Shown one piece after another: positions 12,235 to 21,981 of a DNA stretch of 64,000 bases. A program made the translations under genes and the position numbers. Source of the stretch: Sphingobacteriia bacterium (GTDB taxonomy: Bacteria; Bacteroidota; Bacteroidia; Bacteroidales; UBA7960). Under the pieces are notes generated by a model. The model saw only the letters and a program-made list of their open reading frames with translations, did no database searches and was not told where the DNA came from. Position 1 is the first letter of the stretch. Each line of letters opens with the position of its first letter. The stretch lies in contig JAABSE010000001.1 in assembly GCA_011390575.1 (NCBI GenBank), positions 42,328 to 106,327 of the forward strand, in the 5' to 3' direction.

Positions 12235-13965
12235 TCACCTTACAGCCTTCTGCAAGCTTAGCTCAATTTCAATTGCAATTTTCTCAGGACTGTCTTCTTC
12301 CAGATCAAAAAGGGTAATGTCACCTACATTCCATTTGCGCATAAAGGGTTTAACCAGCCGTTTCCTGATTATCCAAAACTGCGCACAGCAATTGGCTTCA
12401 ATAGCATTTTCAATGGCTGGTGCCCACCCTCTGTCATTCATTTCCATGGGTCCGAGTTCATCAATAACCAATAAATCTATGGGTTTAGTAATGCTGTCTG
12501 TAATGATGCTGCAGCCTTTTTCTATTCCTTTTTTATCGAAATAGTACCTACCAACATGAAGTTTTGTTTTGTCTGGTTCAGAAGAACATAATTGCTCTTC
12601 TTCGCCCGATTGAATATCTTTGACTTTGTAAGCATTACGATTGCTGTCGTTGGTATTACCCAAAGAAACGAATCCCCTTACTGTTAATCCCTCTTTTTGC
12701 AACCTCTCGATCACTTGCCGGGTAAGACTGGTTTTTCCCTGGTTGATACCTCCTGTGAGGATAAATACCGGTTTACGTTTTTCTTCTGCTTTGCGGAATG
12801 CCTCCAGCAATGCCCGGGAGCGGCCAAGCATGGCGTAGGCGAGTTTTTTGAATCCTTTTATACGCTGCGAGTGGCTGTAAAATTCTTCCATGATACCGGG
12901 CAGTGCCGAAAAAGCCAATTCTACTGACTGGTACAGGTTCTGGAAACCCCGGTTGTACAACAGGTTTTTCACCACCGGGTTTTTCAGCTCCGCGCTGATT
13001 ACGGCAAAGCAGGTGAGCAGCAACAATGCCCTGAAGCTCATTTTTAACCCGATAGCTAATCCTTCGGGGCTGAACAATTGCTCCAGCCCGTTTTTAAAAA
13101 GAGCTGATAACAGGATGATAATGACCAATTGTATCCACAGGGCAGGCTTTCGCAAATACCTCATATTGCCGGGATACTGCAGATAGCCCAGAATCAGTAC
13201 CATGAAAACCAAAATGGCCGAGACCCATAATGCTGAACGGGTAATCACCAGCATGCCTGCCACCAGTACAGCAAAACTCAGAAACAGCAGGAGTATGGAG
13301 TGATTGTTTTTTCGGGTGTGTTTAAACAGGTCGCTTTGACCGTGGGTTTGTACAGGCTGATAAGCAGTGCTGTCTGCCTGTTCTTTTACATAATTTTTGC
13401 CGGTTATGAAACCCATAAAACCTGCCAGTGCTCCACTGAAAAGATACACAAGGCTGAGCAATACCAGCAACCAGGAAGGGGGCAATTGTTCTACTCTCAA
13501 TTGCCGGGCTGCAAAAAAATACATGTTTTCAAGCAGCAATACAAAATCCCAACCATACAGGATGAGCAAGGTAAGGGCTTTTTGCGCCAGCGCACTGAAA
13601 ACCGCCAAAGCACCGCCTACTAAATAGGAAAACAGATTCTTCCCTGTCAGCCGGATCATCATATCCAGGATAATGGCCTGGGAAAGAATGCCCACCATGG
13701 GCCCCAGGATGATGGCACTGGGCGAAATGGACTTCATCAGGGCACAAATCAGTCCCGCCCGCCAAATCAAACCATGATCTTTCCACACCTGGAAAAAAGA
13801 GATAACAAGATATACAGTGATAAAAGAGAGAACAGAACCTGCCAGAGGCAATTTCAGGTTGTGCAACAAACTTCCCAATACAATCTCTACGGTAGCCCAT
13901 AAACTGCCCACCACGGCTGCCTTAAGCCATTTTTCGGAAAGTTGTTTTTTGGGGTAGATCCTCAT
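12235..13965 (-). CDS. Multi-pass membrane protein fused to a C-terminal P-loop NTPase (NTPase_1/DUF2478-like)
   Basis: Many hydrophobic segments followed by LTGGINQGKTS (Walker A) and LLVIDELGPME (Walker B). Confidence 0.8.
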   Translation of the reverse strand: MRIYPKKQLSEKWLKAAVVGSLWATVEIVLGSLLHNLKLPLAGSVLSFITVYLVISFFQVWKDHGLIWRAGLICALMKSISPSAIILGPMVGILSQAIILDMMIRLTGKNLFSYLVGGALAVFSALAQKALTLLILYGWDFVLLLENMYFFAARQLRVEQLPPSWLLVLLSLVYLFSGALAGFMGFITGKNYVKEQADSTAYQPVQTHGQSDLFKHTRKNNHSILLLFLSFAVLVAGMLVITRSALWVSAILVFMVLILGYLQYPGNMRYLRKPALWIQLVIIILLSALFKNGLEQLFSPEGLAIGLKMSFRALLLLTCFAVISAELKNPVVKNLLYNRGFQNLYQSVELAFSALPGIMEEFYSHSQRIKGFKKLAYAMLGRSRALLEAFRKAEEKRKPVFILTGGINQGKTSLTRQVIERLQKEGLTVRGFVSLGNTNDSNRNAYKVKDIQSGEEEQLCSSEPDKTKLHVGRYYFDKKGIEKGCSIITDSITKPIDLLVIDELGPMEMNDRGWAPAIENAIEANCCAQFWIIRKRLVKPFMRKWNVGDITLFDLEEDSPEKIAIEIELSLQKAVR

Positions 13966-14042
13966 TTTGGTATATCGTTTATTGCTGCGGGCTTGCCCGA
14001 AGTCCCGCGAATGCGGTATTTATTTGTTGAAAGGGTTTATCG

Positions 14043-14080
14043 CTTAACCTCAACCTCAACCTCAATCTCAGCCTCAGTCT
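14043..14080. repeat. Degenerate hexamer microsatellite (CTCAAC-like)
   Basis: CTTAAC CTCAAC CTCAAC CTCAAT CTCAGC CTCAGT. Confidence 0.7.
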
Positions 14081-14658
14081 ATATCTTCCCTGTAATTAAC
14101 ATTAGCAAATAGCTTTTCATTATAGAACGTTTCATTGTCTATTTCAGGATAAAATGTTTTCAGTGGGGCTATGGCATCAAATATTTTATATCGTTTTTCC
14201 TGCAGGGCTTTCTCTAAAGTTACAGTGCAACTTTTATGATAGTAGCTGGCCATGGTTTCTCTGAATCCTTTGTGCCTGGGCATAACTACCTGGTAGTTGT
14301 GGCTGTTTTGCAGGATAAATTCGAATAATCGGGTATCGAGCCAGGGTAAATCGCAACCGATAACCAGGTTATGCTCTGTATTGGATTGTGCAAGGCAGGC
14401 GTGAATCCCCGCCACGGGTCCGCTGGCTGGGAAAAGATCGGCAACAGTGGGCAGTCCGGTAAATGTAAATTTTTCCGGTTCATTGGTGCTGAGCAATAGT
14501 TGTCCGCAAAGAGGTTTCAGGGTTTCTATAGAATATTCCACCAGCTTCTTTCCCTTATATTCAAACAGGGCCTTATTGCTTCCAAAGCGGCTGCTTTTGC
14601 CCCCCGCAAGGATGATACCTGTTATCTGTTCTTTGTTGATGGAAACCGATCCAGTCAT
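14074..14658 (-). CDS. mobA: Molybdenum cofactor guanylyltransferase (MobA-like)
   Basis: GIILAGGKSSRFGSNKAL, GPVAGI, GCDLP, ANVNYRED. Confidence 0.85.
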   Translation of the reverse strand: MTGSVSINKEQITGIILAGGKSSRFGSNKALFEYKGKKLVEYSIETLKPLCGQLLLSTNEPEKFTFTGLPTVADLFPASGPVAGIHACLAQSNTEHNLVIGCDLPWLDTRLFEFILQNSHNYQVVMPRHKGFRETMASYYHKSCTVTLEKALQEKRYKIFDAIAPLKTFYPEIDNETFYNEKLFANVNYREDID

Positions 14659-14760
14659 GTTTAACCTTTCTGATAGCTATATTTTATTTTGGTTACTTTG
14701 AGAAATCCCCATAGCTTTGGTGTTGATATGATTTCTGTTTGCTGTGCAAAACTAAGATTT

Positions 14761-15219
14761 ATGCGGATTTATTGGTTCATTATTTTTAATGTTTTTGTGG
14801 CTGTTGCTTTGTCAGGACAAAATACCCAGGGAATTTCATCGGCTGATTTTTATGAAAAGTATGCCCTGTTGGTTGATGATACCAGTGTGGTGATAATAGA
14901 CGGCCGAACCTTGCAAATGTATTCTACAGGACACCTGAAAAATGCCGTATGTATTGACGCCGATGATGATAATCTTGAAACTCTTCTGAGAGAAAATGTT
15001 TCCCGGGCCGATACTGTAGTGGTTTATTGCACTACCAATAGAAGAACTACCCAAATCGTTCAATGTCTTGAAAGTTTTTATAAGGGAGACATCATTTTTA
15101 TTAAAGATGGCATCAGGGGGTGGAAAACCCATGAACTTCCCTGTATTGTTGCTGACAGTATCAATAAACCGATAGAAGGAAGGAAAGGTCCGGTGAGTCC
15201 TGAGTTCAAGAATCGGTAA
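14761..15219 (+). CDS. Exported rhodanese-like protein (start placed at ATG 14761)
   Basis: Signal peptide; IIDGRT...GHLKNA...VVVYCTTNRRT...DGIRGW. Confidence 0.75.
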   Translation: MRIYWFIIFNVFVAVALSGQNTQGISSADFYEKYALLVDDTSVVIIDGRTLQMYSTGHLKNAVCIDADDDNLETLLRENVSRADTVVVYCTTNRRTTQIVQCLESFYKGDIIFIKDGIRGWKTHELPCIVADSINKPIEGRKGPVSPEFKNR

Positions 15220-15291
15220 TCCTGCAACCCAGCGCACAATACATCTCGTTTCATGAAAAAGAAAGAAAATAATTGTTGATTGTAAATAATC

Positions 15292-15311
15292 ATTTCGTAA
15301 TTTTGCGAAAT
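15292..15311 (+). promoter_or_regulatory. Putative ArsR operator overlapping the -7 promoter element
   Basis: Imperfect palindrome ATTTCGTAA-TT-TTGCGAAAT containing TAATTTTG (15298-15305). Confidence 0.65.
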
Positions 15312-15350
15312 ATAAAAACGATTTTGATTGTAATTTTAAAACGAAGCAAT

Positions 15351-15596
15351 ATGATTATAAAAATTCTGGGAACAGGCTGTCCCAAATGCAAAAACCTTGA
15401 AAAACTAACCACCGAAGTGGTGGCTGAGAATAATATCGAAGCAGAAATCTCCAAAGTAGAGGATATTATTGAAATTATGAAATACGGTGTGTTGTCTACC
15501 CCGGGTTTGGTTATCAATGAAAAAGTAGCCATCAGTGGACGCGTACCCTCGAAAGATGAAATAAAAAACCAGATTGAAAAACACCAAAATGGTTAA
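15351..15596 (+). CDS. Small redox-active disulfide protein (thioredoxin-like, ars-associated)
   Basis: IKILGTGCPKC...YGVLSTPGLVINEKV..GRVP. Confidence 0.9.
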   Translation: MIIKILGTGCPKCKNLEKLTTEVVAENNIEAEISKVEDIIEIMKYGVLSTPGLVINEKVAISGRVPSKDEIKNQIEKHQNG

Positions 15597-15918
15597 GAAA
15601 GTAGAATTATCAGCTGATTTACAGGAGATAGCAAGATTTGCAAAAGCCTTGAGTCATCCTGTAAGGGTTTATATTCTTAAAAAACTGGCTGGACTGAATG
15701 CCTGTTGTTATAGTGGTGATTTGGTGGATGAACTTCCGGTAGGCAGATCGGCATTGTCGCAGCATCTCAAAGAATTGAAGCATGCGGGTTTGATACAGGG
15801 TGAAATTGAAGCCCCTTTTATTAAGTATTGTCTGAATAAAGAGAACTGGAAGAAACTTAAAGAAGCTTTTGCCGAATATCTTACCGAAGAAACAGAACAA
15901 GTACAAATCAAAAAATGA
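15589..15918 (+). CDS. arsR: ArsR/SmtB family metalloregulator
   Basis: KALSHPVRV, ACC, LSQHLKELKHAGLI, KYC. Confidence 0.88.
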   Translation: MVKKVELSADLQEIARFAKALSHPVRVYILKKLAGLNACCYSGDLVDELPVGRSALSQHLKELKHAGLIQGEIEAPFIKYCLNKENWKKLKEAFAEYLTEETEQVQIKK

Positions 15919-15925
15919 AATTCCT

Positions 15926-16345
15926 ATGAAGCCATTGACAATTATTGGGGTTCTATTCTTTTTATTGGCTGGCTGCTCACAATCAACAAGCAGCGATCAA
16001 AATAATCAGGAAACCCTTTCAACGACCGATGCCAAAGTCACCGTTTATTATTTTTATGGCCAGATGCGCTGTACTACCTGTATAACCCTTCAGGAAGTAG
16101 CACAGGAAGCCGTCGCTGAAAACTTCGCCAACAACGAAGATGTGGCGTTTCAGGAAATTGATTTTTCTGAAAAAGCCAATGCAGCACTTGCTGAAAAGTA
16201 TGAAGTTGTATTCAGTAGCCTTATTATTGCTGATGAAAATAACTACAAAGATATTAGCGGGGAGGCTTTTGCTCTGGTAATGGGAGAGCCTCAAAAACTG
16301 AAGGAATTGATAGTTCAGGAAACTAATGCTTATCTTTCTGAATAA
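15926..16345 (+). CDS. ArsF-like thioredoxin-fold lipoprotein
   Basis: LAGC lipobox; VYYFYGQMRCTTC; upstream of an ArsG-like gene. Confidence 0.75.
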   Translation: MKPLTIIGVLFFLLAGCSQSTSSDQNNQETLSTTDAKVTVYYFYGQMRCTTCITLQEVAQEAVAENFANNEDVAFQEIDFSEKANAALAEKYEVVFSSLIIADENNYKDISGEAFALVMGEPQKLKELIVQETNAYLSE

Positions 16346-16356
16346 GTACTATTTCT

Positions 16357-17073
16357 ATGGAATATTTACAACAGATTGTAAGCAGTACCGAATTCCCCTT
16401 ACTGGCGGCTTTTATTTTAGGTATCATGACCGCCGTAAGTCCCTGTCCGCTGGCTACCAATTTATCTGCCATTGGCTTTATCAGCAAAGATCTTACGAAC
16501 AAACGCAGGGTTTTTCTCAATGGACTGCTATACACATTAGGGAGAGCGATATCCTATTCCGTAGTGGGGATAATTCTCATTGTAACCCTGAAAGAGGGGG
16601 CAAGCACCTATAAATTGCAAAAAGCCATCAGCACCTATGGCGAACTTTTTATTGGCCCCTTATTGATTCTGATTGGTGTTTTTATGCTTGATTGGATCAG
16701 AATAAAAATCCCTTTCGCCGGCAAGTTTTCTTTTAATATGGAAGAACGGGCCAAAAAAGGGAGCGTGTGGAGTGCTCTTCTGCTGGGTGTGGTGTTTGCT
16801 CTTGCATTCTGCCCCTATAGCGGGGTGCTGTTTTTTGGTGGATTGATTCCCTTGTCTGTATCCTCATCCGCAGGATACGTAATGCCATTTGTTTTTGCCA
16901 TTGCCACAGGGTTACCCGTTATAATATTTGCATGGATACTGGCTTACAGCATTTCCGGACTGGGCACGGTATATAATAAGGTCAAGATCTTTGAATACTG
17001 GTTCAGGCGGGTTGTTGCCGTAGTTTTCATTCTTGTGGGCTTCTATTATTTGTGGTTAATTTATATCAAATAA
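16357..17073 (+). CDS. ArsG-like (CcdA/DsbD-type) membrane protein
   Basis: AVSPCPLATN and ALAFCPYSG Cys motifs; multiple TM helices. Confidence 0.8.
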   Translation: MEYLQQIVSSTEFPLLAAFILGIMTAVSPCPLATNLSAIGFISKDLTNKRRVFLNGLLYTLGRAISYSVVGIILIVTLKEGASTYKLQKAISTYGELFIGPLLILIGVFMLDWIRIKIPFAGKFSFNMEERAKKGSVWSALLLGVVFALAFCPYSGVLFFGGLIPLSVSSSAGYVMPFVFAIATGLPVIIFAWILAYSISGLGTVYNKVKIFEYWFRRVVAVVFILVGFYYLWLIYIK

Positions 17074-17088
17074 ATTTTTTAAACTATC

Positions 17089-17108
17089 ATTTCATTATTT
17101 TACGAAAT
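17089..17108 (+). promoter_or_regulatory. Second putative ArsR operator
   Basis: ATTTCATTA-TT-TTACGAAAT, 17/20 identical to 15292-15311. Confidence 0.5.
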
Positions 17109-17122
17109 ACTAAAACGTTTGT

Positions 17123-18466
17123 ATGGAAACCAGGAAAGAACTCAAAATATTATTGTGGATAATTGTCCTGTTTGTCGTTGCCTTTTTTCTGCCCATTGAA
17201 AGTGCACGATTCAACACGGCTGTAATAGCCACCTTTGATTTGGTAAAATGGTATGCCCGCGAGCATGTTGTATTGTGCCTGTTGCCTGCCTTTTTTATTG
17301 CCGGGGTTATTTCTGTATTTGTAAGCCAGGGCTCTGTTTTAAAATACTTTGGGGCCAATGCCAAAAAGTGGCTGGCTTATAGTGTTGCTGCCGTTTCGGG
17401 TACGATTCTGGCCGTTTGCAGTTGTACTATTTTACCTCTGTTCTCCAGCATTCATAAGCGTGGAGCAGGTTTGGGCCCTGCCGTTGCATTTTTATATTCC
17501 GGCCCGGCTATCAATATATTAGCCATTATTCTTACGGCACGCATCCTTGGATTTGAAATGGGAGTAGCCCGTATCATTGGGGCTGTTTCATTCAGTATTA
17601 TCATAGGTTTGGTCATGTCGTTGATATACCGCAAAGAAGAAAAAGCCAAAAGAGAAGAGCAGATGAATATTCAACTGCCTCCCGAAAAGAGACCCATCTG
17701 GCAGACTTCTTTCCACTTTTTCACCCTGGTATTGATCCTGGTTTTTGCCAACTGGGGCAGCCCTTCCGGTGATGATACATCCAGTGCATGGTATTATATC
17801 TGGGCTTACAAATGGTATATTACGGGGTTTTTCTCCTTATTGCTTGCATATTCATTGATTTTTATCCTGAAGATAAAATGGCAATGGGTGCTGGGCGCTG
17901 TTGTTGCCACGGCTATTTCTGCTTTGCTGGCAACCCATTTTATTTCAGACCCCAAACTTGCTCCCATAATCCCTATGTTGGTTGGAATAGGGGCTTTGAG
18001 CATCATTACCCTGTATGATAAGCGAGACGAAGAAAACCGGGAGTGGACTATCTCTGCCTGGGGATTTACAAAGCAGATTATGCCTTTACTGGCTGTGGGT
18101 GTAGTAACGGCAGGCTTTCTTCTGGGTTCTACCCACGACAATGTAGCTATTCCCGGCATCATTCCCAATGAATGGATTGCATGGCTGGTAGGAGGCAATT
18201 CTGTGTTTGCTAACTTCTTTGCTTCCATCGTAGGTGCTTTTATGTATTTTGCCACCCTGACCGAGGTGCCGATTCTGCAAGGTTTGATAGCTTCCGGTAT
18301 GGGCAAAGGTCCTGCTCTGGCATTGCTTCTTGCAGGTCCGTCTCTTTCGCTTCCCAACATGCTGGTAATACGCGGAGTAATGGGAACACAGAAAACACTG
18401 GTATATATATCATTGGTGGTTATTATGGCTACCATTTCGGGCATGATTTACGGTAGTTTCTTTTAA
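17123..18466 (+). CDS. ArsP/DUF318-family permease
   Basis: AVCSCTILPLF, AFLYSGPAIN, YFATLTEVP, GPALALLLAGPSLSLP. Confidence 0.88.
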   Translation: METRKELKILLWIIVLFVVAFFLPIESARFNTAVIATFDLVKWYAREHVVLCLLPAFFIAGVISVFVSQGSVLKYFGANAKKWLAYSVAAVSGTILAVCSCTILPLFSSIHKRGAGLGPAVAFLYSGPAINILAIILTARILGFEMGVARIIGAVSFSIIIGLVMSLIYRKEEKAKREEQMNIQLPPEKRPIWQTSFHFFTLVLILVFANWGSPSGDDTSSAWYYIWAYKWYITGFFSLLLAYSLIFILKIKWQWVLGAVVATAISALLATHFISDPKLAPIIPMLVGIGALSIITLYDKRDEENREWTISAWGFTKQIMPLLAVGVVTAGFLLGSTHDNVAIPGIIPNEWIAWLVGGNSVFANFFASIVGAFMYFATLTEVPILQGLIASGMGKGPALALLLAGPSLSLPNMLVIRGVMGTQKTLVYISLVVIMATISGMIYGSFF

Positions 18467-18680
18467 ACCAAAAGTACACTCCGAAAAATACAATCCCCCC
18501 CGTCCTACACGTGCGGGAAGTTTGCAACTAACTGAAATTGAAATAAGTATGATGATTTCATTTTGATTAATATCCGGAAAATGACTTTTCAGAGTGGACT
18601 CAGCTATAATTCTAAAATATTTTTTAATACTTTCACCCTGTTGTTTGAAAAAATTCAAAAATGCATTTAAAAAATACAGT

Positions 18681-18917
18681 ATGATGGATATAAAAATTCT
18701 TGGGTCAGGATGCCCCAACTGTATCAGGCTGGAAAACCTGTGCAAAGAAGTAATTGAAGAAAACAACCTGGAGGCTACCATCGAAAAGGTTACGGATATG
18801 AACCGTTTTCCCGATTATGGAGTGATGATAACACCCGGATTGGTGGTGAATGAAAAAGTGCTGAGCCAGGGAAAGGTTCCTACAAAAACGACCCTGGTTA
18901 ACTGGCTGAAAAAATAG
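18681..18917 (+). CDS. Second small redox-active disulfide protein
   Basis: IKILGSGCPNC...YGVMITPGLVVNEKV; paralog of 15351-15596. Confidence 0.88.
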   Translation: MMDIKILGSGCPNCIRLENLCKEVIEENNLEATIEKVTDMNRFPDYGVMITPGLVVNEKVLSQGKVPTKTTLVNWLKK

Positions 18918-18980
18918 TTTGTCCAGCGTTGTAATTCTGGAATCGATGATTTTTAGACAGAAAACATTAAGCAGGTTGTT

Positions 18981-19460
18981 ATGATAGCAGTAGTTTTTAT
19001 CGCACTGGCATTGGTACTGATTTCTTTTCTTGTTGATAGAAAGAAAACCTTGCAGGCCATCCGAAAGGGGATGTTGCAGTTTTTCCGCATACTACCAACG
19101 CTCTTATCAGTAATTATGATCATTAGTATTGTTCTGTATTTTGTTTCTGAAGAGGTGATAATAAGGTACCTGGGTGAAGGGGCCGGATGGGAGGCTTATT
19201 TTTCTGCGGCTATCCTGGGCTCAGTTTCCCTTATTCCCGGATTTATTGCTTTTCCACTTGCAGGGATTCTTGTAAAATCAGGTGTGGCCTATACTGTGAT
19301 TGCTGTCTTTATTACCACTTTGCTGATGGTTGGGTTGCTTACAATACCCATTGAAGCAAAATATTTTGGTCTGAAAACCAGTCTGCTGCGAAACGCTCTG
19401 AGCTTTCTGGGTGCTGTTGTTATAGGAATTGTTATGGTTATTATTTATACGTTTACCTGA
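18981..19460 (+). CDS. Short permease (DUF318-like half)
   Basis: LGSVSLIPGFIAFPLA; hydrophobic. Confidence 0.75.
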   Translation: MIAVVFIALALVLISFLVDRKKTLQAIRKGMLQFFRILPTLLSVIMIISIVLYFVSEEVIIRYLGEGAGWEAYFSAAILGSVSLIPGFIAFPLAGILVKSGVAYTVIAVFITTLLMVGLLTIPIEAKYFGLKTSLLRNALSFLGAVVIGIVMVIIYTFT

Positions 19461-19467
19461 ATGCTCA

Positions 19468-20001
19468 ATGAAAGTGATAATGAAAAAATACCGGTTCGAT
19501 TTTCTCATAATTGTTGCCTTCTCAATTTTTACGAGTATTTCATATTTCTCGTACTATGAGCCGGGAATTTTGATTTTCAGGGAGAACTTCTGGGTTTTCT
19601 TCAAAGAAATGATGATTATTCTTCCTGCAATGTTTATTGTCATAGGACTTTTAGATGTATGGGTTCCCAAAGAACGGATTCAAAAACATATCGGAGAAGC
19701 TTCCGGAGTTAAGGGGATGCTTTGGGTAATGTTACTGGCTTTTATGCAGGCAGGGCCTTTATATGCTGCCTTCCCCATGGCTTACCTGTTGTGGAAAAAA
19801 GGATCTTCGGCCACCAATATTTTTATTTACCTGGGTGCATTTACTACTGCAAAAATTCCGATGCTTGCTTTTGAAATGGGATTCCTGGGGGTAAAGTTCT
19901 CTTTGTTGAGAATACTGATCTCCATCCCTGTTTTTATAATTATAGGATTGGTAATGGGTAGATATTTTACCAAAAACAATTTCGTAATGCATGATTCTTG
20001 A
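19468..20001 (+). CDS. Short permease (DUF318-like half)
   Basis: GLLDVWVP, AGPLYAAFP, KIPMLAFE. Confidence 0.75.
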   Translation: MKVIMKKYRFDFLIIVAFSIFTSISYFSYYEPGILIFRENFWVFFKEMMIILPAMFIVIGLLDVWVPKERIQKHIGEASGVKGMLWVMLLAFMQAGPLYAAFPMAYLLWKKGSSATNIFIYLGAFTTAKIPMLAFEMGFLGVKFSLLRILISIPVFIIIGLVMGRYFTKNNFVMHDS

Positions 20002-20219
20002 GCAGTCCGAATGACTGCTGAAGAATACTGGTTTGCGCAGGAAATGAATTTAAAGATGAATAACAACAATCACATAAAACATAAATGTATAATAAATACA
20101 TAAAAGAAAAAGATTTCAAAGGATTGAGCTTACGAGCAGCAATTCTTATAAGTGATAGCGAATTCAAATATAGTTTAAGCAAGTTAATATAACCATTTAT
20201 TTAAACAAATTTTATTCTA

Positions 20220-20654
20220 ATGAATATAAATGATAAACCCCAACACCAGGAATTTGAAATAGAAGGAGTAAAACATATCAGTCCTTCCGATGCCCTTGAA
20301 GCCATTCGAAAGGGTGAAGCCGTGCTGATTGATGTACGGGAAGAAGACGAAGTAAAGCTGGAATACATTCCGCTTGACAATGTATTGAATCATCCCATGT
20401 CAGTTATCCTGGAACGGTTGCCTTATATTGCCAAAGATCAGCAAATCATATTGGGTTGCCCGGGTGGAGTACGCAGCTCCAAAGTAGCGAATCTGCTCAA
20501 TCTGCAGGGGTATCCTCATGTAGCCAATCTCGACGGAGGGTTTACCCTGTGGAAAACAAAAGGTTTTCCCATGAAAAGCAATGCATCTTCTGCCAGTGGG
20601 TGTGGTTGCGGATGCGGCCCGGTAAGTGGCGAACCCAATGGGGGTTGCTGTTAG
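20220..20654 (+). CDS. Rhodanese-like protein with Cys-rich tail
   Basis: LIDVRE, CPGGVRS active loop, NLDGGF; tail GCGCGCG...GGCC. Confidence 0.85.
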   Translation: MNINDKPQHQEFEIEGVKHISPSDALEAIRKGEAVLIDVREEDEVKLEYIPLDNVLNHPMSVILERLPYIAKDQQIILGCPGGVRSSKVANLLNLQGYPHVANLDGGFTLWKTKGFPMKSNASSASGCGCGCGPVSGEPNGGCC

Positions 20655-20660
20655 AACAAT

Positions 20661-20711
20661 AGACCTCCAAGGTTAGAGAGACCTCCAGGGTTTTAGAAAC
20701 CCTGGAGGTCT
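20661..20711. repeat. REP-like palindrome with a partial upstream duplicate
   Basis: AGACCTCCAGGGTTT-tag-AAACCCTGGAGGTCT (20679-20711) preceded by AGACCTCCAAGGTT. Confidence 0.7.
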
Positions 20712-20768
20712 TACAAGAATAGAAAAAACAAAACAATATTTTAATTCTAAAACCTTAAAACCGAGACA

Positions 20769-21218
20769 ATGAAGACAACCATTTTTTTGCAATTTTCACT
20801 GCTGTTCTTTTTGATGACATTTCTGGCAACCGGATGCAGCGGAAACAAACCTCAAAATGAAACGCAACAAGGAACTCAACAGGTTGAATTAAGCCAGAAA
20901 CAGCCCGCTGCTGAGCAGGATGATGAAAAGGAGAAAATTCTGGTAACTTTTATCGAACTGGGATCAGTGCGTTGTATCCCCTGCCAGAAAATGATGCCCA
21001 TTATGGAATCGGTAGAAGAGAAATACGGTGATCAGGTAGAGGTGGTTTTTCATGACGTGTGGACACCCGAAGGAAAACCGTATGGTGAAAAATATGGTAT
21101 CCGCTCTATCCCTACCCAGATATTCCTGGATGAGAATGGCGAAGAGTTTTTCAGACACACGGGCTTTTTCCCGGAAGAGGAATTGGTAGCAGTACTCAAA
21201 TCTAAGGGAGTAAAATAA
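20769..21218 (+). CDS. Thioredoxin-family lipoprotein
   Basis: ATGC lipobox; ELGSVRCIPC; YGIRSIPTQIF. Confidence 0.88.
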   Translation: MKTTIFLQFSLLFFLMTFLATGCSGNKPQNETQQGTQQVELSQKQPAAEQDDEKEKILVTFIELGSVRCIPCQKMMPIMESVEEKYGDQVEVVFHDVWTPEGKPYGEKYGIRSIPTQIFLDENGEEFFRHTGFFPEEELVAVLKSKGVK

Positions 21219-21322
21219 TCCCGTTCATAGATTCGGAATCAGGGGGTAAGTTGTTGAAGGAGAGTAGTTTTTCTGTTTTTTGATTGATAAGATTCCAAGC
21301 AATACTGTCATTATTAAATATT

Positions 21323-21867
21323 GGGGCTGAAGCCCCCTGAGCTTCTGAGCATCTCTGATCCGTCAGTTAAAACTGACGGCAATAGATAAGAGCAGTGCTG
21401 AATATTATGAACAGGATAAATTGAGCTTTCAGTTCATTGTCCTTCTTTCGAGAATGGGGCTGAAGCCCCCTGAGCTTCTGAGCATCTCTGATCCGTCAGT
21501 TAAAACTGACGGCAATAGATAAGAGCAGTGCTGAATATTATGAACAGGATAAATTGAGCTTTCAGTTCATTGTCTTTCTTTCGAGAATGGGGCTGAAGCC
21601 CCTTAATCTTTTAAGCATCTCTTATCCGTCAGTTAAAACTGACGGCAATAGATAAGTGTAGTGTGGATTATAATGAGCAATGGATAACAGTAGCAGAACA
21701 TTTCTTGCTTCAACTCTCCAGTCATTATGTAATTGTTCAGATATTTCTTTTGCAGCACCATATCTATTGCCCTTATATTTTGGCAATTAGATTGCAGAAT
21801 CTTGTCCGTTGCCGTAGGTTTTAACCAACGGATAAAAAGTTGGCACAACTAAGGGGGCTTTAGCCCC
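21323..21867. repeat. REP/BIME-like array 1: three tandem 133-bp units plus one inverted unit
   Basis: GGGGCTGAAGCCCC...CCGTCAGTTAAAACTGACGGCAATAGATAAG starting at 21323, 21456, 21589; inverted copy ~21808-21867. Confidence 0.92.
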
Positions 21868-21981
21868 ATTTAGACATCATTCATAATTTCCTTTGTACCT
21901 TTGCAGGTATAAATGATTATTGATGCAGGCATCAGCCTGTATTTCAGACATAAGACGTTACATGGCAAAAATCTTTTTTTT

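Noticed and set aside
21323-21720. Regularly spaced palindromic repeats resembling a CRISPR array (also 52557-54339)
   Set aside because: Intervening sequences are themselves repeated, the period is 133 or 252 bp, orientation alternates and no cas genes are present; REP/BIME fits better
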